Assembly: GCA_012026655.1 (NCBI GenBank)
Contig: JAAILG010001725.1
Span: forward strand, 1 to 62,585
Length of the DNA stretch: 62,585 nucleotides
Direction of reading: 5' to 3'
Origin: Hydrolagus affinis
Lineage: Eukaryota
Part shown: piece by piece, positions 11,381-23,290 of the stretch
Position numbering within the stretch: position 1 is the stretch's first letter
Layout: each line of letters starts with the position of its first letter
The notes under the pieces: model-generated
What the model saw: only the letters and a program-made list of their open reading frames with translations
Database searches by the model: none
Told to the model about the DNA's origin: nothing
Position numbers and translations under genes: made by a program

Positions 11381-13525
11381 GTATGTACTCAACCACCCTT
11401 CCTGTTCCAGTCGTTAATTGCCCTTAAGATAAAGATAAACTTCTGGTTCTGTCCTGAAAATTGCTTTTTGCAACTCTAAACCTATGTCCTCGTTTGACTG
11501 TTCGTTCATGCTGAATTACTGTTCTGGGTTTAATTTTTCAATCCCATTTAAAAGGTTCATCTATAAGGAGACTTCTGAGACATCTTCTTTCAAAACTAAA
11601 AGCCCAAGCTTGTTTAAAGCTTATTGCTATTCAGTACTTATATGTATCATCCCCCTTGTCTGACACTATCTCCTTGAATACAGAAAGTCCCCGAGTTGCC
11701 TTTTGAAACATTTTGTACCGTCCACTTCACTGGCGGTCACTGTTCAATTATTCTACATGCCTTTCACAATCTGTGTCCAAAATACATTCCTTCTAATTTC
11801 CCATCCTATTCCTAACTTTATAAATGTTTAAAAAAAACTCTGTCCCTGGTATTTGAATCCTTCACAATTTATTTTCAACTACGATCAGGTCACCTTGTAG
11901 CTCACTTTCTGGATGACTTCCTTCTTCCCCAACCAATTTCTTTCTCTGTTTTTTTTTGGTCAGGCTGACACACGTGGAAACCCATCAATATTATCAAGAG
12001 TATCAAAACCAAACTGTTTCCATGCATTCCACCTACACATGGAAATTACACATGGTATGGAATGTGTATGCTCTGCCTAGAGTCTTGCATCCTGCTTATC
12101 AAATTCCAGAAAGTGTTAGGCGCAGGTTGACAAGACCCAAGACTTGGGGACCCCAGAGTTTGCGTTGACTGTAAGCAGCTTAAACTGCATAGTCTGCCAT
12201 TGAAAGCACTGTCTGGCAAGTTTTTCCGCTGCTTATATAGCTGGGTCCAGTCTATCTCTTAGGGCCTTGCCTTGCAGGGTTAATAGCAGCTGAGTTGGAA
12301 TAGTCCCTGCCCCTGGTGATTGCCCTTCCATAGCCTGCCGATGAGCCAGGTTGTTCTGTGCCCTACTGAGCTCTAGAACTTGACTGCCAATACTGCTACA
12401 GAGAGCTGTCTCAATTCTGACCTCCGTTGCCAAACATGTCACCGCGGAGCCAGTTCAGTTCAAGGAGAACTTGCTTACCTCGTATCTAAGGAGGATATTC
12501 ACTGGTTGGTCACTTGACAAGTGCGAGTTTGAGCCCTTACACGGCAGATGCCAGCTATCAGGAACTGCCTGCGAGCTTCCTGATGCATAACCAACACCTT
12601 GGGACGACCTCCTGACGTGAAAGGCGCTATATAAATGTAATTTTGTTGCTGTTGTAACATAGTTCAGCATTAAATGCATGAGGGCATTCCCACCACATTC
12701 CTGCACCACACTGGGGCACACATCTCTTCCCATTTCTCTCTCTGATTGAAATACTTTGTATGAGTCTCTAAGGCAGCTACAAACAAATTGTCGATATCAT
12801 CCACAGCCTTAACCAGCCCTTCACTCTGCACTAAATTGGCACTAAGTTATAAATCCTGCTCAAAAAGCAGGGCTAGCATGAGAAATACTTAAAAATATTT
12901 ATCCATTAGGGGAGTGCTGTTCTGAGTTTGCTAGTCATATTGTGCTCAATCATTTACACATCTGACTTGGGGACCGGTCATGTCCCAGGTCATATCCCAA
13001 TAGTTCTCCTCTCTCCTTCACTTTCAAGGGTCTTACCATCTTCCTCATAAGATGCATGGGATTGGTGTAAATAAAAATTTAATTCATTTTGAAGAGACAA
13101 ACTTGACAACAGAGGAGTATTCAGTAATACAAGGCATTGGCAATGGTAGACTAGCCTGTCCTGCTTAGAAATAAACTGTAATTACTTGGATGGACCTAAT
13201 TCAGCAGGATTTTCTTGTCTGGACAAAGTCACTGATGTTCTAAGGTTAGGCTAGAGGCACGAAGCAGAGGTGAAGTAGGGGTGGTTTACTCTCTATGTGG
13301 GTTATGTAATGCCTGACCTGACACAAGTATGTTTCCTTTTGGCTCTGTGGTGAAAAATTCCTCCTGTCGCTCAGCGTGGCCATCAAGTGACATTGGAACA
13401 GTTCAATCAACCGCGCCTGATTTAGCATTTGCTCCGATCTTCATCTTTCTAGAAGATGCTGGAAATTTCATTGGAAAACCCTGGACCTTGAAATGTTGCT
13501 GTTTTCTTTCCTCCCCCCAAATCAG

Positions 13526-13610
13526 GGTTTGACTGGAGTTTGCATTTTAAATGGGAGCAGATGCCAATCCAGCAGAAGATGTCGAGGACTGATCCAACAG
13601 GGTCAATTCG
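13526..13610 (+). CDS. GALNT16: GALNT16 exon 8, 85 nt
   Basis: atcag|GG TTT GAC...ATT CG|gtaagc encodes [27 protein letters not shown]. Confidence 0.95.
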
Positions 13611-14193
13611 GTAAGCCCTACGGAAAGGTGTTACGTACATAGAATATAATGTTTAAGCGCTCTGAGATGCTGCCCGGCGTGGAGGGCGCTGTATAAGTGC
13701 TGTTAAACTGTATAAGTGCTGTTGTTGTTAAACTGCACAGAAATGGACCATTTGGCCCAAATGGTCTATGCACTGCTCCCCTTCCAAATGAATCCATATA
13801 TATATATATACATAATGCAAGTTTGGTTAGTTTATCGATTATCTCCAGGTTTTTATCTTAAATGTATTTATATAATTTTTGATCTATTCTTCTACATGAT
13901 CACCTTATCCATCTCCTTGGTAAATACTGAGGCAAAGTAATTGTTCAATATTTCTGCCATTTTGCTGTCTCACTCTGCCTGTGAGCTTATCTTATCCATC
14001 GCTTCATAGCCCTTTTCCTATTTTGATTTTTCTTTTGCTATTTATGTCTGTAGAATATTTTACTATTTGTTTTTATATTCCTTGATACTGTAATTTAATT
14101 TCATAGTTCCTTATTGCCTTCCAAATTGTTTTTATAACTTATTTGTTAAACTTTGTATTTTTTTTGGTCATGCTCTTCCTTGTTATTTATGTA

Positions 14194-14420
14194 CAGTAAA
14201 AACCCGTTTATCCGGCACCCTCATGACCTGGCCAATGCTGGTTAAAGTGCCTGCCGGATATTTGGCCGAAAACGCAAAAAAACCCCCGCAAAAAAACATT
14301 CTTTTTTCCAATGCATTTTTCTGGATAAATTCCGGTTAATTGAATGCGAACCTTTTTTTTGAGATGCCAGTTATATGGAAGTTACGGTTGATCGGGTGCT
14401 GAATAAACGGGCTTTTACTG
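14194..14420. mobile_element. Non-autonomous Tc1/mariner-pogo-type DNA transposon (MITE), 227 bp
   Basis: TA|CAGTAAAAACCCGTTTATCCGGCACCC ... GGGTGCTGAATAAACGGGCTTTTACTG|TA gives ~27-bp TIRs with a TA target-site duplication. Confidence 0.9.
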
Positions 14421-14825
14421 TACTTAGTGAACACTTCTTTTGTGAGTCTCAGCCTTGCCTTTATATCTTTATGCATCCTTAATGCCTCATTATTGTTTAG
14501 CTTTATCTTGTTTTCCACAGAATATATTTCTTCTGGAATTTATTGATCACAGTTTTAAATGTTTCCCACTGCTGCTCTGTTTCTTTGCTTACCAATATTG
14601 TTTTCCATTTTATTTTCCCAAGTTCCATTCTTATCTGCACAAAATCAGCTTTTTTTCCATTCTATTATCCTGGTATTTGTCATACTCATGAACTTTTCAG
14701 TCTTTATCTAAAACTTAAGTTATGATCGCTGTTGCCTGGATATCCTTTACTCTTACTTCTCTTATCTACTCTGGTTCATTTCCCATGACTAAATCCAGCA
14801 GTGATTCCTCCCTTTTTGGGCTTCA

Positions 14826-15018
14826 AACATAATAGTAATTCTTGCATTTGATATAGTGCTTTTCACGTCCTTTGGACATCTCAAAGCGCTTCACAGAATA
14901 TACTGTAAAGTGAATTGACTGTATATTTGTGGGCGAAAAGCAGCAGCCAATTGCACAAAGCAGTGTCCCACAAACAATCGTGGATTGAAATGACCAATTT
15001 ATTATTGTTTTTTTTTCA
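14826..15018 (-). mobile_element. Deu-type SINE 3' half inserted in the CR1 fragment
   Basis: Family tail and body motifs. The CR1 reading resumes on both sides. Confidence 0.85.
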
Positions 15019-15807
15019 AGTGATACTGGGTGAGAAAGGAGTCCTGTACGATTTTGAGGAACTCCATTCCCCTTTACCAACCTCTTCTAGCCAACTTATT
15101 TGGTGGTAGTTGAAATCCCCGGTGATTATTATAGTATATTTTTCACTCATTTCCCTAATTACTCCAACTCCCCTTTTCCCATCTCTTTTCTTTCTAATAT
15201 GTTATTACCCTGCCATGTTTCAGTAATCCCTACAACATCTGGTACCTCACTAAGAATTATTGCCTATAGTTCTCCTGTTTTATTTTGGATGCTGTGTACA
15301 TTGCTGTACAGACAGTTTTATTTATTTTTATTAGTTGTTCCTCTCACTTAATTTTTGACCGTATTTTCACGCTTCTGTTCTGTAATTGTATTAATTCCCT
15401 CACCATTTATGTTCTCCTTATTCCTTAGACTGTTAGACTGTCTCCCATTGCTGCTGAGTGGGATAGTTGACTTAGGCATCAATTCAGTCAGAAATCAGGG
15501 CAGTGAAGTGAGGCATAGCAAAGATGAACCAATGGATGGCTCCATGTTCTCAACTCACATCCCAGTTCAAAACTATATATTCACACGCCTAGAAAATACA
15601 ATCACTGCGCTCTATATAGTAAATCCTCTTCAGTGTTTTCGATTAGCCTTAACTTTAAACACATCAAGCCAGCGAATGTGGCATAACAATAACTTGCATT
15701 TATATTGCATTCTTCAAGCAAGGTGGGCAGGCAGCATCCTGGAAAATAAAAGCATTTATTCAGTTAATTTATTCTCTTCGGTAGTATTGAGAGGTTATTT
15801 TTTTCAG

Positions 15808-15911
15808 GACCCCGGTCATTGCTGGAGGAATTTTTGTCATGAATAAATCTTGGTTCAACCACCTTGGCAAATACGACACTCAGATGGACATTTGGGGTGG
15901 GGAGAATTTCG
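15808..15911 (+). CDS. GALNT16: GALNT16 exon 9, 104 nt (Gal/GalNAc-T motif WGGEN)
   Basis: ttcag|G ACC CCG...TTC G|gtgagt encodes [34 protein letters not shown]. Confidence 0.96.
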
Positions 15912-16334
15912 GTGAGTTGGCCTATATAACGGTATTCCTGTTCGCCTGTTTGTTGAGCTCATGCTCTGGTGTAAGAGTCCAAGTAACATTGGATATTGGA
16001 GGTTATTCCTGGCAAAGGGCTTTGGGCTCTTTGTCTTGTTGGTGTTCAGAGCTCAGTGCGAAAGGGGTTGTTGGGGGATGGGGGAGGAAGGACCTCTGAA
16101 TCATTGGATCCAAAATGGCATGTTGCACGTTGGTGGGTGGGGGGAGAAGCAAGGATATTTTAATATTGGAAGTCATTCACATTGACTCATGGGAACTCTG
16201 CACCACCTTACCGTCCTGCTCAGATTCCTTACTAAGAAATCACAATAGAATTGCCACATTTTAGATGCTGACGACCGGTTGTGAGGATAAGCCACTGTGG
16301 TCTACTGTCAAGGGAGCACTGAAGCTCAAATAAG

Positions 16335-16670
16335 AATAATCCTTGCAATTGATACTCACCTTATCACCTCATCGAGACGTATCAAAGCGCTTCATAGAAA
16401 GACAGTAAAGTGAATTGACTTAATATTTTGTTGGCGAAATGTGACAACCAATTTCCAGTGTCCCACAAACAGTCGTGGATTGAGTGACCATGTTTTGGGG
16501 GGAGAGATTATTATCCCCGGAAAACGATTCACCAATCAATTAACAACTAGGTTCCTACTTACTGCTGTGTAAAGAAAGGCATGTGGAGCAAGGAAACTTG
16601 CTTAGGGTTTCGCCCTGCTCGGGAATCGACCCGGTTGCGAGGCGAGTGTGCTGACCACTGCTCTACGGGA
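16335..16670 (-). mobile_element. Older full-length Deu-type SINE
   Basis: Tail, body, gtggagcaaggaaacttgc and a decayed tRNA head (cgggaatcga...gctgaccactgctctacggg). Confidence 0.75.
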
Positions 16671-17056
16671 CTCAGTACTACTCATTGTGTGCAAATTCTT
16701 TGCCAATTATCAAGAAATTTGATAATTTCTTTGCCAAATTATCTGACCAGAAACCAAAGGTGTGACCTGATCTGTACGACTGAGTGTTGCAATGCAGTGC
16801 TTCATACTGACACTCGGAGCAACAACTATCCCATTCCACCACCACCCCTCTCCTCGAGGAGCACAACAATGAAGATTGTATTAAATGACTTTAGCGATCG
16901 GGGCTTGTAACGCATTGTGTGCTACGGTTAAACACCGACCAAAGGAAAAAGGGTTTCCCCGGGAACAATTCATGGAATGTCCAGAGCAGTGGGGTCTTGT
17001 GGTTATTATTATCTGCAGCAGGGTTCCACCCTCAGGCTTCACTCCCTCTTTTCCAG

Positions 17057-17183
17057 AGCTCTCTTTCCGGGTCTGGATGTGCGGAGGAAGTCTGGAGATT
17101 GTTCCCTGCAGTCGTGTGGGGCACGTCTTCCGCAAGCGACATCCATATGACTTTCCCGAGGGCAATGCTCTCACTTACATAAA
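17057..17183 (+). CDS. GALNT16: GALNT16 exon 10, 127 nt
   Basis: ccag|AG CTC TCT...ATA AA|gtaagt encodes [41 protein letters not shown]. Confidence 0.96.
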
Positions 17184-17479
17184 GTAAGTACATGTTACAT
17201 TACACAGCTTCGAACCACTTTACCAGCTTTACACCTTTTTAGTTAATTTTGCCACTAGATTAGCAACCTGCCATTCGTTTGGAACTAAACTATTTTTCAG
17301 TACCATTTGATGTAGAGCTGTTGCATAGACCCATATGTGAGTACCACCTCTCCATCCTGACTGTTATTCCCAATCCTGACATCTGTGTTTCGTCAGACTT
17401 CTGGCTTGCAGATTGCGGCATTCCATTCAGAATGTTGATCTTTTGAAGAATTTCTTGTTTGCTCAATACAGGCAGTATA

Positions 17480-18170
17480 AAAATAATAATCCTTGCATAT
17501 CCTGCTTTGCACGTCTTCTAGATATCTCAAAGCGCTTCACAGAATATACCGTAAAATAAATTGACTGTATCTGTAGGCGAATCGTAGCAGCCAATTGCGC
17601 ACAGCAGTATGTAAATTATATTTGCATTTGATAAAGCCCCCCATCACGTCTCAATGTGCTTTACATGATTTATTGTAGAGATTAGCAAACTATATTTGCA
17701 ATGTACAGTACCTGCAAGCGAATATGACAGCCAATTTGTACACAGTGAGAATCCCCAATTGTATCTGGGGGATTATTAGCGAAAACACCTGGAGAAACTT
17801 CTCTTTGCAGATAGTGCCATGGGATCTTTGATGTTCAATAATAATCCTTGCATTTGATATAGCGCTTTTCACATCTTATCGATGTCCCAAAGCGCTTCAC
17901 AGAATATACTATAAAGTGAATTGACTGTTTATTTGTGGGCGAATCGCGGCAGCCAATTGTGTACAGCAGTGTCCCACAAACAGTCGTGGATTGAAATGAC
18001 CAATTTTATTATTGTGGGTTTTTTTTGGACGAATTATTATTAGACGTGTGGAGTAAGGAAACTTGCCCAAGGTTTCGCCCTTACCTGCCTGGATTTGAAC
18101 AGAGGTCTCCCCAGCTTGGTCTCCGCAGCTTGCAAGACAGTGCTCTAACCACTAAGCCACAGGAGCTCCA
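17480..18170 (-). mobile_element. Cluster of three minus-strand SINEs, including a young full-length copy at 17838-18170
   Basis: Three successive ttgcat(t/a)t...ag tails at about 17490, 17620 and 17845. The last copy has an intact tRNA head ending ccacaggagctcc. Confidence 0.85.
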
Positions 18171-18351
18171 AAGCACGGCACCTCTGACGATGCAGTGATC
18201 CTGCACTGAGTTGGAGGGTCCCTGATCAGGCTACATGATATCTCAACTGATTGGAGCTTTTGTTTCATTCCGGGAGGAGTGGGTGGAGGGGGCAGACTTG
18301 CGATTATGTCTGTGTTTTTACGCTAAGACATGACATACTTCTCTGCCTAAG

Positions 18352-18444
18352 GAACACCAAACGCACAGTGGAAGTGTGGATGGATGACTATAAACAATAT
18401 TACTATGAAGCCAGACCATCTGCTCTTGGAAAAACCTATGGAAA
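18352..18444 (+). CDS. GALNT16: GALNT16 exon 11, 93 nt
   Basis: ctaag|G AAC ACC...GGA AA|gtaagt encodes [30 protein letters not shown]. Confidence 0.95.
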
Positions 18445-19519
18445 GTAAGTGGAGGCAGCTGTGTTTTTACATTTTCGCATCCCAGTGGCTGACTTTCAAC
18501 TCCTATGGCCTGTATCCCAGGAGATCTGTTGGAATCAGTTGGGACTACTTCACCTGGTTTCACTCCTCCTGTACTTTAGGAGGGCCTCTCCTCCCCACCC
18601 CACTCTGTGTGTGTGTTTGTGTGTGTGTGTGAGAGAGAGAGAGCAGTTACTCCTCAACCACCCAGGGAATTCATGGAAACAAACACATAGAAGGAGGCCA
18701 TTCAGCCATTCGAGTCTGCAAACGCTGTCAGAACAAGATGCTCATTCAAGCCCACTGCCATTTCCTATCCCCATAACCTTCAAGCCTCTATCCTTCATGT
18801 ACCCATCTACTTCCCTCTCGGACTCAGACTCTCCCACCTTACTTGGCAGAGAATTTCACATCCCAATAACGTCACCACGTTTAGACGCCTCCAAAACAAA
18901 CAGCTGAGAGTTCAACATGTCAATGGTTCTCAGTTGTCTATTATGGAGTGGGCACTCTCTCCCTGCTGACCTAACCTCAGAGTTTTATGTACAGGTACCA
19001 TTAAGTACAATGGCAAGCTTCTTTCTGCTTGTCCATATCTAAGACCACCTATAAACTGAGGCTTTGGCTTGCAGTATTAACTGGAGCCGAGAAGAACAAA
19101 TTACTTCTTAGCTCCAAGCTCGGCTGGCAAGCTGGGTTGAATGGTCAGATATGCCTTAAGAGTACTGAGGAGCTGCCTGTTTCAGGAACAGATTATAGCG
19201 ATCACCACAGAGGATCTCTCAACTCCAGTCTATTGATAAGGTAGATATATTGTGTAAGGATGAGATTAAATTGGCCAAAAGGCATTTTTCATCTGAACTT
19301 CTCCTGAAAGCTCACTGAGATCACTGACTGGTCTCATGTCTGCCTTTTTCTGTCCTTTGGCAGTGATTTAATTAGCTGTCGCTGCATTATTTACTCAAGA
19401 CTTGGATGAAGCTGACTGTTAGTGTTTGTATCTAAATATCCAGAATCTGTATAACATGTTGTTGGCAACTGAAACCTCTCGTTAGATCTGCCACAAAAAT
19501 AGCTCTTTCTCCCATGCAT

Positions 19520-19900
19520 CATCCAAAACACATCCAAATCCATACTCACACACACACCATAAACCCACACCACATCTACAACAGAGCATACACACACTCC
19601 ACACATTCAACACACTGCACAACAGAGCATACACACACATAGTTATACTCCACACATGCAAGACACAGCACATGTATAACAGAGGACCCTCAGATACAAC
19701 ATACACTATGCATGTACTACACCACATACCCAAAACACCTCATACTGAGAATCACACAAACACACCACACATTACAAATACAGCAACACACCCAGATTCA
19801 CACATACAATACCCCCACAAAACACACGCACGACACACCACCAATAACCATTATACCACAATAAACAAACATTCTCCCATACCCATTCACTCACAGAGTA
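19520..19900. repeat. CA-rich low-complexity, degenerate microsatellite
   Basis: Strongly C/A-biased tract with repeated acaacagagcatacacacac units. Confidence 0.85.
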
Positions 19901-20063
19901 ACGTGAGAATACATCAGCGTGTGTCAAGCAGGATCAGTGGTGCTGGCCTGGGGACCAAGCTAGCCAGAGGTACAGACTGTTTACTCAGGGTGGTGGGGTG
20001 GGTGGTGGGGGTATGTAATCCTTGCCGATCATGCTTTGATGCCTCTATTTGTTTGTAATGTAG

Positions 20064-20147
20064 CATTGCAGAGCGAGTGGACCTGCGCAGGAGGCTGAGG
20101 TGTAATTCCTTCCAATGGTACCTGCAGAATGTGTACCCAGAGCTCAG
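20064..20147 (+). CDS. GALNT16: GALNT16 exon 12, 84 nt
   Basis: tgtag|C ATT GCA...CTC AG|gtggga encodes [27 protein letters not shown]. Confidence 0.94.
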
Positions 20148-20261
20148 GTGGGAAACTGATGTTTAACTCAAAGAAAAGGCTCTGCAGAGCGACACTCAAC
20201 CACTGGCCTTGGCCACGCATTGAGTCAAAAGGAAGTATTATTATTATAATTAGTATATAAT

Positions 20262-20440
20262 AATAATAATTTGGTAATTCAATCTACGACTGTTTGTGGG
20301 ACACTGCTGTGGTCAATGGCTGCCATGTTTCACTCACGGGAATATACAACCAATTCACTTTACGATACATTCTGCGAAGCGCTTTGAGATGTTTGGAAGA
20401 CATATCAAAAGCTCTATATCAAATGCAGAGATTATTATTA
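20262..20440 (+). mobile_element. Deu-type SINE 3' half
   Basis: gactgtttgtgggacactgctgtgg...gctctatatcaaatgcagagattattatt. Confidence 0.8.
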
Positions 20441-21220
20441 TTTTTATTAACTGTGGTGACTGTATTTTGTAGGTGATAACAGCAACATCCCACAAACAGC
20501 CATGAGGTGACTGTCCAGTTTGATAGAGATTCTGTCTTTCAGATGAGATGTTAAACTGAGATCCTGTCTGCCTAAACAGGTGGACATTAAAGGTCGCATT
20601 GCACTATTCAAAATGAAAAGTGTAAAAGGGTTTTGCCTATGTACTATTTTACCTTAGGCTCTTACCAACCATCTGGGGGACCAAAAATCTCCCCAGATAA
20701 AATTGATCATTCACTTCATACAATATAATTTACAATTATATAATGCCTTTCACATTGAAAGGACATCTCAAAGAGCTTCACAGTCCTGAACAGGCAGCTG
20801 AGCTGATGGTGGAAGAGGGGAGACAGACAACCAAAAATGCAGTCAAAGAAGTATATTTGGCTATTTAGGAGTCTTTGTTGTGTGCAAATTGTCGATTGGG
20901 AATACCTATAACAGAATAATAGAAATGCTTGCATATGATATAGTGCCTTATCATGTTGTTGAGACATCTGAAAGCACTTCACAGAATACATTTTAAAGTG
21001 GAGTGACTGTGTATTTTGTGGATGGAAAATGAACGGTCACTAAAGTTTACTACAGTAAATCTCTTTCGAGGCACCTCCTCCTGACAATGTTATATCCTAT
21101 ACAAGGTTGGTATTATTTTCCCCCATGTTGTGTTGTTTTCTCTCCAGATTGTAGTAAACCTGTGGATGTTTTTAATTTTGCATGTGTAAAATAACCTTCA
21201 AACATTGGATTTGTGCTCAG

Positions 21221-21365
21221 GATCCCGAAAAAGGAGGTGTCAGAGAGAGCCGTGGTCAGGCAGGGGGAGAAATGCCTGGAGGCTCAGGACCTGCACAGAG
21301 TGGGGACAATCATAGCCAACTTGCGACCATGCAAAGGATTACAGAGCAACCTCCTTTTTAGCCAG
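21221..21365 (+). CDS. GALNT16: GALNT16 exon 13, 145 nt (ricin-B lectin alpha repeat)
   Basis: ctcag|G ATC CCG...AGC CAG|gtgata encodes IPKKEVSERAVVRQGEKCLEAQDLHRVGTIIANLRPCKGLQSNLLFSQ. Phases fit the neighbouring exons. Confidence 0.88.
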
Positions 21366-22419
21366 GTGATAGAGGCATTCTCACAATAAACCTGTTTTTT
21401 CGCTCAGCTAGGTGTTTTGACAGATGCGGAGACCCATCACTATGCTTAAGAGTATCCAAACCCAACTGAGAATTCCACGCATCCCGCCTTCACATGGAAA
21501 TTCCAGAGATAAAATTGTCGGATTGGAATGCTCACTCTCTCCCTGGAGGGATGATAATAATAATAATACATAATAATCCTTGCATTGTTATAGCACTTTT
21601 CACGTCTTCTAGACGTTTCACAGAATATACTGTACAGTGTATATTTGTGGGGGAAACACGGCAGCCAATTGAGTACAGCGGTGTCCCACAGACAGTTGTG
21701 GATTGAGTAATTAATGTGATGCATCCCGTGTAGCTAATTCTGGAAAGTATTAGGTGCAGTTTGGCAAGAGCCAGAGCTTGTGCCCCCAAGAGTGCATTGG
21801 GGGAACTCCTGGAGTCTAACCAGAGATGGCCTGTGCTTCATTGCTACCCTGTTGGGTTTACCAGCATCCTCAAATCTTATTTCCAATTCTAGAAACGGCA
21901 TTTGACTGTTGCCTAACAGGACACTAATTACGTTAAGCAGGTTTCCACGAAGCCTGGCTTACACTCCAATATTGGTGATTCCAAAATAACAAATGGCACA
22001 GAGGAAATTAATGGGGTCAACAGTAACATTAATAATGATAATAATCCTAGCATTTGATATAGTGCCTTATCACATTGTTGCGATGTCTCAGAGAGCTTCA
22101 TTTGTACTGTAAAATGGATTGACTATATTTTGTGTGTGAAACAAGGAACCGAATTGCTCACAGAATTCATTTGACGCGTTCCTGACACATGGAATCTGTT
22201 AGGAAACATTAGATTCTCCACCCTGCAGGAGTTACAGAGATCAGAATTCACTCTGTTGATGCCACTAGATGTGGAACAAATAATTTTTGTTGTTTCAAAA
22301 TAATGCAAATATTTTGTTCCTGTTTTACATTTTTGGACATTTCTGGGCAGTCCGCTCAGATCCTTCAGCAAAACATTAGATATTTTATTGGAAGTGCTCC
22401 AAGTTTGACTATTATGTTA

Positions 22420-22748
22420 CAGTAGTCTAGGCTGACAGCCCAGTGCAATCCTGGGTGAGTGTTACATTGTCTGAGGGGCCGTTGTTTGAATGAGCCATTA
22501 AGCTGAAGACCTACTTCCCTGATCAGATGGACACCACAGATATCAAGGCACTTTTTCGAAAAGAAAAGTGTCCTGGCCAACAGTCTCCCAAATAAAATAG
22601 GTCATTTACTTCACGGCTATTTGTAAGACAATGGAATACTCGCCTACATATACAGTCACCAGACTTTACAGTATATTCTGTGAAGTGCTTTGAAATGTCT
22701 AGAAGATGTGAAAAGCGCTATAACAAATGCAAGGATTATTATTATTAT
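22420..22748 (+). mobile_element. Older SacSINE1/AmnSINE1-like Deu SINE remnant
   Basis: aggctgacagcccagtgcaatc...tgaatgagccattaagctgaagacc...gtgtcctggccaaca, then the family tail. Related pieces occur at 20530-20700, 25880-26165 and 60670-61075. Confidence 0.65.
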
Positions 22749-22771
22749 TTAATGCTTTTTTTTAAACTCAG

Positions 22772-22888
22772 GAATGGGTACTTTCGGGTCCTCTGATCAA
22801 ACATCAAGACAAGTGTCTGGCGCTCACCAACTTCTCCCTAGGATCACAGGTGATACTCGACTTGTGCAATTCACAGGATGGCAGACAG
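22772..22888 (+). CDS. GALNT16: GALNT16 exon 14, 117 nt (lectin beta repeat)
   Basis: ctcag|GAA TGG...AGA CAG|gtgaga encodes EWVLSGPLIKHQDKCLALTNFSLGSQVILDLCNSQDGRQ. Confidence 0.9.
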
Positions 22889-22984
22889 GTGAGACATTTC
22901 CATTATTTACAGCAGTATACTTAACAATAAGCCAGGGAAGTGATTGCAGGCATGGTCGAACATTAATTCAGGCATGAATTGAGG

Positions 22985-23290
22985 ATAGGGAAGGAGAAGG
23001 CAAGACCGAGGAAGAGAGTTGCATAGATTTGGGGCACAGTGGCTGAAAGCACAGCCACCATTGGTGGAGTGGTGGGGACGACAACAACAAAGTGACAATT
23101 GTATAGCGCCTTTCACGTCAGGAGGACGTCCCAAGGCGCTGGGATGAGGGACAAGCAGGAGGCGAGAGCCAGCTGCAGGTGATGGAATGGCGGTAAACAG
23201 GTCGGAAAGATAGGGAGGTGTAAATGCTATAAAATCGCTGCCATAAATGACCAATGTGGAATGGGGGCGGGGGAAGGAGAGTGTCAATGA
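22985..23290 (-). mobile_element. L2 LINE fragment with a nested short L2-tail insertion
   Basis: AFSHCAPNLCNSLP and PPYLSDL motifs, interrupted by acaacaacaa...tgtatagcgcctttcacgtcaggaggacgtcccaaggcgct. Confidence 0.7.

Larger units (their letters stand above)
13905..15420 (-). mobile_element. Degenerate CR1 LINE ORF2 fragment (endonuclease-linker region), interrupted by a MITE and a SINE
   Basis: Minus strand encodes GDFNY (about 15105-15120), LLDLVMGNEP (about 14770-14800) and MAEILNNYFASVFT (about 13920-13960), with stops and frameshifts. Confidence 0.8.

Noticed and set aside
15355-15846. 163-aa plus-strand ORF upstream of exon 9
   Set aside because: It spans antisense CR1 remnant and intron, and overlaps exon 9 in the wrong frame.
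19391-20058. His/Thr-rich and Cys/Val-rich ORFs
   Set aside because: They are artefacts of the CA-rich low-complexity tract.
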